A DNA stretch of 64,000 nt, taken from contig JBBRLJ010000017.1 of NCBI GenBank assembly GCA_038231435.1, forward strand, positions 44,676 through 108,675, written 5' to 3'. The first letter of the stretch is position 1. Each line of letters opens with the position of its first letter. Positions 57,692 to 64,000 of this stretch are shown one piece after another. The stretch is from Planctomycetota bacterium. Lineage in GTDB: Bacteria; Planctomycetota; UBA11346. The translations under genes and the position numbers were made by a program. The notes under the pieces are model-generated. The model had not been told where the DNA came from and did no database searches. It saw nothing but the letters and a program-made list of their open reading frames with translations.

Positions 57692-58765
57692 ATGCCAACG
57701 ACCGGCAAATCGTGGATCGAGGAGCTGCTCGCGCGCATGTCCGCGGGCGGCGCGAGCGATCTGGTGCTCGAACCCGAGGACGACGGTGGCCTGCGCGCGG
57801 TGGCGCGATTGGAGGGTGTGCGCCAGGTGATCGCGCGCTGTCCGGCTGATTTGGCGGCGGCGGCGATCGCGCGGTTGAAGGCGCTCGCGCAGCTGCCGGC
57901 ATACATCACCACCGAGCCGCAGGACGGGCGCATCGACGGCAAGCCGTTCGGCATCGCTGGCGACGTGCGCATGGCGGTGTTCCCCACGGTGCGGGGACAA
58001 CGCGTGGCGCTGCGCCTGCCCGCGCTCGGCGCGCTGCCCGAGCCGGGCGAGCTGGGCCTTTCGCCCGAGGTGCTCGCACAGCTGCGCCGCCTGGTGCGCG
58101 CGCCTGACGGCATCGTGCTGATCACCGGGCCGACCGGCTCGGGCAAGACCACCACCATCCATAGCCTGCTGCGCGAGCTCGCCGCCGAGCGCCCCGACCG
58201 TCAGGTGCTGACGCTCGAGGATCCCGTCGAGCGCCTGCTGCCCGGGGTGAGCCAGGCCGAGGTCAAGCCGCACGCCGGCTTCGGTTTCAACGAAGCGCTG
58301 CGCGCCGCGCTGCGCCAAGACGCCGACGTGCTGGTGGTGGGCGAGATCCGCGACGCCGATACCGCCAACACCGCGGTGCGCGCGGCGCTCAGTGGCCACG
58401 TGCTGGTGGCGACGCTGCATGCGGGCCGCGCCCGCGACGTGGTGCCGCGCCTGTTCGAGATGGGCGTGAGCGCCGACCTGCTGCTGCCGTCACTGCGCGG
58501 CGTGCTCGCCCAGCGCCTGGTGCGCCTCGCCCACGCGGCCTGCGCCGGCGCCGGCTGCGCGCACTGCCACGGCGGCTATCGCGGACGGCGCATCGTCACC
58601 GATCTGATGGTGGTCGACCACGCGGCCAGGCAGCGGCTGCGCGCCGGCGAACCGGTGGCGATGATCGCCGACATGGATGAGCAGGCGGCGAGGATGGTCG
58701 CGGAGCGAGTGACGGATGGGGGGGAGGTGGGGAGGGTATTGGGGGGGCTTCGGGAGAGGCTGTGA
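57692..58765 (+). CDS. GspE/PilB-family secretion ATPase lacking the N-terminal accessory domain
   Basis: ASDLVLEP, PQDGRI, GPTGSGKTTT, TLEDPVE, LRQDADVLVVGEIRD, GHVLVATLHA, VLAQRLVR, GCAHCHGGYRGR. Confidence 0.92.
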   Translation: MPTTGKSWIEELLARMSAGGASDLVLEPEDDGGLRAVARLEGVRQVIARCPADLAAAAIARLKALAQLPAYITTEPQDGRIDGKPFGIAGDVRMAVFPTVRGQRVALRLPALGALPEPGELGLSPEVLAQLRRLVRAPDGIVLITGPTGSGKTTTIHSLLRELAAERPDRQVLTLEDPVERLLPGVSQAEVKPHAGFGFNEALRAALRQDADVLVVGEIRDADTANTAVRAALSGHVLVATLHAGRARDVVPRLFEMGVSADLLLPSLRGVLAQRLVRLAHAACAGAGCAHCHGGYRGRRIVTDLMVVDHAARQRLRAGEPVAMIADMDEQAARMVAERVTDGGEVGRVLGGLRERL

Positions 58766-58880
58766 GGCTGTGAGGTTCGAAGGAGGCACGTTCAATCCGT
58801 CAGAAAATGGCCCGAGCGCGCAATGCGGTTTTCGAGCCTCACAGCCTCACAGCCTCCAAGCCTCCAAGCCTCAAAACCTC
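58754..58880 (+). repeat. Octamer-armed inverted-repeat element, copy 2
   Basis: GAGGCTGT GAGGCTGT GAGGTTCG ... GAGCCTC ACAGCCTC ACAGCCTC CAAGCCTC CAAGCCTC; core aligns with 54083-54203. Confidence 0.8.
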
Positions 58881-58929
58881 GCCTGTTATCCTCGATCTCT
58901 CCCGGCAGTTTCTCCTAAGCGCTGATTGT

Positions 58930-59013
58930 CGCGCTCGTCCCCGGCGTCAAGGACATGCCGCGGAGGAACCGCGGTGGGCGGAGCGCCCATCCTTGACCCC
59001 GGGGACGAGCGCG
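58930..59013 (+). other. Long branched hairpin (three-way junction) upstream of the four-helix-bundle gene
   Basis: CGCGCTCGTCCCCGG-C-GTCAAGGA pairs with TCCTTGAC-C-CCGGGGACGAGCGCG and encloses two small hairpins. Confidence 0.65.
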
Positions 59014-59040
59014 GGGTGGGGCGCATAGGAGAAACAGCCG

Positions 59041-59394
59041 ATGCAGACGTTCGAGGATCTCGATGTGTGGGCGATGGCGGCGGAACTCGCTGAGCGGATC
59101 GGACGACAACGCGGACTGAGCCGCAACGGAGATGGGCTCGGTTCGCAGATCCGCCGCGCGTCGCAATCGATCGTGTACAACATCGCCGAGGGCTGGGGTC
59201 GGCGCGGCGAGGTGGAACTCAACCGCTTCCTGGTCATCGCGCAGGGTTCGTGCGCGGAAGTGCAGGCGCAGTTGCGCATGGCCTACCGCACCGGCAGCCT
59301 GGCTCGCCAGGACTTTCTCGACCTGATCGAGCTGGCGCAGCGCGTGGGCTGGATGCTCAGGGGATTCATCCGTCGGCTGCAGCCGCCGCGGTGA
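59041..59394 (+). CDS. Four-helix-bundle protein (23S rRNA IVP/Avd-like family)
   Basis: FEDLDVW, LGSQIRRASQSIVYNIAEGWGR, FLVIAQGSCAEVQAQL; AGGAGA RBS. Confidence 0.92.
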   Translation: MQTFEDLDVWAMAAELAERIGRQRGLSRNGDGLGSQIRRASQSIVYNIAEGWGRRGEVELNRFLVIAQGSCAEVQAQLRMAYRTGSLARQDFLDLIELAQRVGWMLRGFIRRLQPPR

Positions 59395-59826
59395 AGTACG
59401 GACACCACGAAGCCCGCCATGCGCTGGTTGGGGCGCCACAGCCATAGGTATTCATACGAATACATGAAGGGAGGCCGTTCCGGTGTCCCTGCCTCTGTCC
59501 TTGGAGGGCGATTCGGGGTATCGTAGATGAGGGATGGCCGGCCCCTCCCAGGCGGCGCGCGCGGGGCGTGGACCAGGCACTCGCTGGTGCTGATGGCAGG
59601 TATCGATGCCGGCCATACATCGCTTCATTCGATGCGATTCAATTCCATCTCAAGTGAATATCAGTGAAGCATGTGACATTCAGGGAATCATCAGTTTATT
59701 CAAGCGAGACAAGAACGCCCAGAAACATCTCGCGCATTAATGGCGCCTAATCGTTGATAATACATCGCTGCTCGAGCTGGGCAGAGTCGCTCGTAATCTT
59801 CACTGTCGTCATTTTCACCGACGCGC

Positions 59827-60609
59827 ATGCCCTCACTCCCCACCTATTATTATCTCATCCCCATCCTTCAGGGCATCTGTCTGCTGCATGCGCTGAAGAC
59901 CCGTGCGGATTCGCGGTGGTTCTTTGCGATCTTCTTTGCGCCCGGCATCGGGGCGGTGGCGTATCTGCTGATGGAGGTGTTGCCGGCGCTACGGCGGGGG
60001 AATCTGATCGCCATCGAGCTGCCGATGTTCGAGACGATGCGGGTGGGCGCGCTCGAGAAGGCGTTCAGGTTCTCGGACACCGTCGAGACGCGGGTGGCGC
60101 TGGCGGAGGCGTATCTGAATGCCGGGCGGAAGGCCGAGGCGTTGGAATTGTACAAGCCGGTGCTGCTCGGCGTGGCGAAGAACAATCACTACGTGCTGTT
60201 CGGCTACGCGCGCGCCTGCTACATCAATGAGGCCTTCAGCGAGGCCGAGTCGATCCTGGTGCGATCATTCGCGATCCCCGGCAATGCCAAGCTGCGCGAG
60301 CGGTGGCTGTTGAGCGCGATGATCCATGAGAAGCTCGGCAAGGACGCCGAGGCCGAGGATGGCTACGCCAAGGCGGTCATGGGCTTCAACGGCGAAGAGG
60401 CGCGCTGCCGACAGGCGTTGTTCCTATGGGCGAAGGAGCGCAAGGCCGAGGCCATGGCGATCTTCGCGAAGATCATCGAGCACGCTGGCGATTCGGACCG
60501 TCGTTACCGTCGCCACGAGAAATCCTGGATCGCGATCGCCAAGGCCAAGACCAGGGAGCACGCGGCGGCGGCGAAGCTGGCGGCGTCCACCACCTCGAAG
60601 GCAGCGTGA
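59827..60609 (+). CDS. Membrane-anchored TPR-repeat protein
   Basis: Two N-terminal TM helices (LQGICLLHALKT...WFFAIFFAPGIGAVAY) followed by TPR-like helices. Confidence 0.8.
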   Translation: MPSLPTYYYLIPILQGICLLHALKTRADSRWFFAIFFAPGIGAVAYLLMEVLPALRRGNLIAIELPMFETMRVGALEKAFRFSDTVETRVALAEAYLNAGRKAEALELYKPVLLGVAKNNHYVLFGYARACYINEAFSEAESILVRSFAIPGNAKLRERWLLSAMIHEKLGKDAEAEDGYAKAVMGFNGEEARCRQALFLWAKERKAEAMAIFAKIIEHAGDSDRRYRRHEKSWIAIAKAKTREHAAAAKLAASTTSKAA

Positions 60610-60765
60610 TCGGGTGCGCTCGACAGGCTCGGGTTTCACGGCGAACTCCGGCGCTGGGAAGCGCCTCGACGGCGCGCTGGGCTACCTCGCATGGCCTCGC
60701 AGCGCCATGCTGCCTCTACCACTACTGACCCATTCCCCGTAAGTCCCCCCATCAAGGATCGATTC

Positions 60766-61158
60766 ATGAAGCTCCTGCTGCCGCTGCTCCTTCTCTTATC
60801 CGTCCGCCTGTCTGCTGAGGATGTGCAGAAGGTCTGGGTGAAGATCAGCTATTACGACGTCGCCGAGAAATCGGACCATTACTATTTCGGCCTGACCGAC
60901 AAGGCGGTGGTGGCCAAGCTCGATGGCGGAGAGACCGTCGGCTACATCAAGCTCGAGCAGACGTGCTGGTTCGTGTACGACAAGGAAGGGAAGATCACCG
61001 GACTCTCGAACGATGACAAGGACGACCTCAGCGGGACGATGTACATCTCGACACGCAAGGTCGACGAGGTTGCGCTGCTCGCGAAGCCGCCAGCGGAATA
61101 CCTGAAGAAGGTCATGGATGCCGAGGCGAACGCGGCCGAGAAGGCGGCGCTGCCCTGA
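60766..61158 (+). CDS. Hypothetical secreted protein
   Basis: Signal peptide MKLLLPLLLLLSVRLSA; AAGGA RBS. Confidence 0.7.
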   Translation: MKLLLPLLLLLSVRLSAEDVQKVWVKISYYDVAEKSDHYYFGLTDKAVVAKLDGGETVGYIKLEQTCWFVYDKEGKITGLSNDDKDDLSGTMYISTRKVDEVALLAKPPAEYLKKVMDAEANAAEKAALP

Positions 61159-61198
61159 TGCTCGCGCGGACGCCCACACGTCGTCCATCCCGATTCCG

Positions 61199-61795
61199 AT
61201 GCCCATGGTGATCCAGGGGGACGCGTCGATCGGCGAGCTGAATGCGCGATGCCGCGTTATCCTGGTCGCGATGCTCATCGTGGCCGCGATCCTGGCGTGC
61301 TCGTGCGGCGCTGAGGCACCGCGCGCCGAGCCGAGCCCGCTGGGCATCGCCGACCTGAATACGCGGAAGGTCATCGGTGCCCTGGGCCTTCCACTGGGGA
61401 CCACGGCCGAGATCGAGGCGACGGTGATCGATGGCCGCGACCTGGGCGACAAGGGCAGCAGCGGCGCCTACCTGCTGCGCATCGAGGCGGTGAACGGTGC
61501 GCCCAGCCCCGACAAGCCGATCATGCATTTCGTCGTGCATGGATGGGTCGAGACCGATCTGGTGACCGATCACTTCAGTCGCTATGAGCGGCTGAACGGC
61601 AAGGTCGCGCATCTGCTGACTGGCCAGGACATCGACGAGATCAACCGCGGATATGTGGCAAAGACCTTCCGCTTGGCGGTCTACGAGGCGGGCGGATATG
61701 CGGGGATCCCCAGCGGTCTGCCCAGAGACGTCGAGGTCTGGCAGGACTACGGATTCAGCTTCTCGTCGCACGTGGTGGTGCTGAAACAACGATGA
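61199..61795 (+). CDS. Hypothetical exported protein or lipoprotein
   Basis: Hydrophobic stretch VILVAMLIVAAILACSC; start uncertain. Confidence 0.6.
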   Translation: MPMVIQGDASIGELNARCRVILVAMLIVAAILACSCGAEAPRAEPSPLGIADLNTRKVIGALGLPLGTTAEIEATVIDGRDLGDKGSSGAYLLRIEAVNGAPSPDKPIMHFVVHGWVETDLVTDHFSRYERLNGKVAHLLTGQDIDEINRGYVAKTFRLAVYEAGGYAGIPSGLPRDVEVWQDYGFSFSSHVVVLKQR

Positions 61796-61884
61796 GAGTC
61801 CGGACGCAACGCGGTTCGACGCTGATGGCGAGGACGCGATCCACCGGTGATGAAACCGTGAACGCTGCGTACGGCCCGCGCGGA

Positions 61885-62964
61885 TCAGCCGCCATAGACG
61901 ACGAGCGGCTCGGTCATGCGCTCGGGCGCAATCTGCGGCGAGAACGGCGCGACGCCGCCATCGAGCGGACTGCGCACCCCGAGGCGGCTCTTGTTGAGCA
62001 CGTGGGTGTAGATCTGCGTGGTGGACACATCCTGGTGGCCGAGCAGCTCTTGCACGGTGCGGATGTCATAGCCGGATTCGAGCAGATGGGTGGCGAAGGA
62101 ATGGCGCAGGGAATGGCAGCTGGCCGTCTTGGCGATGCCCGCCTTGGCCATCGCTGCTTTCACCGCGCGCTGCAGCGACTGCTCGTGCACGTGATGCCGG
62201 CGCCACGTGGCGCCATCGGGCGAACGCGGATCGCGCGACAACTCGGCCGCCGGAAACACGTATTGCCACGCCCACTCGCGATCGGCCTTGGGATATTTGC
62301 GCAGCAACGCGAACGGCAGATGCACCGAGCCCCCGCCCGCCGCCAGATCCTGCCGATGCAGCTCGCGCACGCGCGCGATGTGTTCTTGCAGGACCGGCAG
62401 GATGCGATCCGGGAGCATGGTCACCCGATCCTTGTAGCCCTTGCCCTCGCGCACCAGGATCTGCCGATAGGCGATATCGACATCCTTCACCCGCAAGCGC
62501 ACGCATTCCATCAGGCGCATGCCGGATCCGTAGAGCAGGTTCGCCATCAGCCGGTGCGTGCCCTCGAGATGCGCAAGCACCGCCGTGACCTCGGCCTGAT
62601 TAAGCACCACCGGCAACCGCAGCGGCTTCTTCGCGCGCACCAGCCCATCGATCCACCCGAGATCCACCCCGAGCACCGCGCGGTACGCGAACACCAGCGC
62701 ATGCATCGCCTGGTTCTGCGTCGACGCCGCCACCTCTTGCCCGACCGCGAGATGATTCAGGAACGCCGCCACCTCGGCCTGCCCCATGCGCTTCGGATGC
62801 CGCATCCCGTGATGGACGATGAAGCGCTTGATCCAATGGATGTAGGTTTCTTCAGTGCGATAACTGAAATGCCGCGTGCGAATGACGTCGCGCACATCAT
62901 CGATGAAGGTCCGCCGCGCCGGGACCGACGACAGCTGATCGACATTGGGAGGATCGGCGGCCAT
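61885..62964 (-). CDS. intI: Integron integrase (tyrosine recombinase)
   Basis: [36 protein letters not shown], integron-specific insertion ([19 protein letters not shown]), [27 protein letters not shown]. Confidence 0.97.
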   Translation of the reverse strand: MAADPPNVDQLSSVPARRTFIDDVRDVIRTRHFSYRTEETYIHWIKRFIVHHGMRHPKRMGQAEVAAFLNHLAVGQEVAASTQNQAMHALVFAYRAVLGVDLGWIDGLVRAKKPLRLPVVLNQAEVTAVLAHLEGTHRLMANLLYGSGMRLMECVRLRVKDVDIAYRQILVREGKGYKDRVTMLPDRILPVLQEHIARVRELHRQDLAAGGGSVHLPFALLRKYPKADREWAWQYVFPAAELSRDPRSPDGATWRRHHVHEQSLQRAVKAAMAKAGIAKTASCHSLRHSFATHLLESGYDIRTVQELLGHQDVSTTQIYTHVLNKSRLGVRSPLDGGVAPFSPQIAPERMTEPLVVYGG

Positions 62965-63099
62965 GCATAGAGTCTATACAGACCCTAATAGAAACAAGCG
63001 CTTTACCGCGTCAAAATGCCAAAGAATGCCCCATGATATGTCTGTTCGGGCTCGATCGAAGCAACCTATGATACCAAAGCCACTTATGCCTACCCCAAA

Positions 63100-63150
63100 A
63101 CATGCTGACGTGATTATCACGTCACTTTTGATGCCCAATTGGTGTTAGGC
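63100..63150 (+). other. Putative attI site
   Basis: GTTAGGC (GTTRRRY) at 63144-63150 upstream of the divergent intI, exactly where base composition switches to the AT-rich cassette; left boundary approximate. Confidence 0.75.
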
Positions 63151-63193
63151 GTCAGGAACAAAGTATAACTAAAAAACGGCAAACCAAAACCTT

Positions 63194-63658
63194 ATGATAC
63201 GAACGCTGATTTTAATTATTATTACAATATGGAATACATACGGTGATGAAAAAACGGGCACCACGGCCTTCTCCCTAAGGGATGTTGGCATTACATATTC
63301 TGACATATATGAAACGGATATAGATACTGGTAAAGTGACTGAAAAAACTAAACTAGTTCCTATATTAACTCTTTCAGAACAATGGGCCGCATCAAGTGTA
63401 CTAGAAAAAATAGACAAGAAAATATTTAAAACTGCAACATATGTCGGTAGAGTAAATATATATGTTACCGTATTGGAAAATTCAGACGTTATCTATTGGT
63501 ATGAAATATTGCTGATCCCGGAAAAGACCGTTTTAAATCACCCCTCGCCAAAGCGCATTAAGGCTGTTGGCAAACTGACCGAAAACAGCGCAATGTTGTT
63601 AGAAATTGCATCAAGAGTAGTAAGCGAAGTAGCCGATGATTATAAAATAGAAAAATAG
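63194..63658 (+). CDS. Integron cassette 1: AT-rich hypothetical exported protein
   Basis: 154-aa ORF with a hydrophobic leader, strongly AT-rich, bounded by attI and attC. Confidence 0.8.
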   Translation: MIRTLILIIITIWNTYGDEKTGTTAFSLRDVGITYSDIYETDIDTGKVTEKTKLVPILTLSEQWAASSVLEKIDKKIFKTATYVGRVNIYVTVLENSDVIYWYEILLIPEKTVLNHPSPKRIKAVGKLTENSAMLLEIASRVVSEVADDYKIEK

Positions 63659-63678
63659 TAAAAGGCTTCTTCCCTGCC

Positions 63679-63819
63679 ACCTAACTTGTCACTGCACCGG
63701 ACGTCTTTGCCAGTGATCTTCACAAGGCCGTGCTCGGGCGGCACTGCGTGCCATTATGCCCTGCGCCGCGGCCTCGTGAAGATCACTGGCAAAGCCGCCG
63801 GTGACCTCCGGTGTTAGGC
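63679..63819 (+). other. attC site (141 bp)
   Basis: R'' ACCTAAC (63679-63685), R' GTTAGGC (63813-63819), internal 19-bp stem CTTTGCCAGTGATCTTCAC/GTGAAGATCACTGGCAAAG. Confidence 0.92.
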
Positions 63820-63860
63820 GTCAGGAATAGGGTTTCTAGTGGATAAAACAGAAAAAATAT

Positions 63861-64000
63861 GGCTCTGCGTCGTTTCCCGTGGGTCCTTGCAGGCGCACAT
63901 GAAGGCCCAGGTTGTCCGGCATGGACACCAACCCCCTGTTCACGATGGCCCTCGGGCTGACTCCACCGTGGTGCGTCACCGAGACGCGTTTCGATGCCGA
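63861..64000 (+). mobile_element. ISL3-family insertion sequence, left end (truncated by the window)
   Basis: GGCTCT terminus after the AT-rich GAAAAAATAT, abrupt return to high GC, transposase start 60 bp inside. Confidence 0.75.
63921..64000 (+). CDS. ISL3-family transposase N-terminus (partial)
   Basis: MDTNPLFTMALGLTPPWCVTETRFDA fits the recalled LFxxALGLxxPWxV N-terminus of ISL3 transposases; only 26 codons visible. Confidence 0.72.
   Translation, partial: MDTNPLFTMALGLTPPWCVTETRFDA

Noticed and set aside
57389..58420. N-terminal 344 aa of the 1135-aa ORF 55013-58420
   Set aside because: It is antisense to the GspE gene and crosses the low-complexity heptamer spacer; the real start is probably the GTG at 57388.
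58930..59013. SRP RNA, tRNA or attC site
   Set aside because: It lacks the SRP domain IV motif, tRNA D/T-loop consensus and attC R boxes.
59041..59394. Diversity-generating retroelement or rRNA intervening sequence
   Set aside because: No reverse transcriptase, no TR/VR pair with adenine-specific mismatches and no rRNA gene in the window.
59827..61795. Integron cassettes downstream of intI
   Set aside because: The genes have host-like GC and I found no RYYYAAC...GTTRRRY attC palindromes between them.

Overview
High-GC bacterial chromosome segment, most likely Planctomycetota. This is inferred from a prepilin protein with an H-X9-DG motif, a TPR/RNAP alpha-CTD protein and an HTH-acidic-TM protein. 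Most of the window is housekeeping: the 3' part of rpoC, then rpsL, rpsG, grpE, dnaJ, hisF, an HtrA protease, ribF, mrp, zwf, xseA, kdsB, pyrG, argD, lspA and a PIN-PhoH gene, with envelope, ECF-sigma and AraC/PhyH genes interspersed. The standout gene is a 1439-aa single-pass membrane protein (47841-52160). It fuses an intact MglA-type Ras-like GTPase, a Cys4 zinc ribbon and a catalytically dead Ser/Thr pseudokinase to a large extracytoplasmic domain. A divergent GspE/PilB plus GspF/PilC-like block lies nearby. The right end holds an integron: intI, attI, one AT-rich cassette with a 141-bp attC, and a second cassette interrupted by an ISL3 element. Intergenic DNA carries several families of multi-hairpin repeats with compensatory base changes and cGNAg triloops, and inverted 7/8-nt periodic repeats; one octamer element sits beside a four-helix-bundle (Avd/IVP-like) gene. 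An aldo/keto reductase has lost the Cys ligands of its C-terminal ferredoxin-like tail. All calls come from reading the sequence and from motif recall; no database searches were run.
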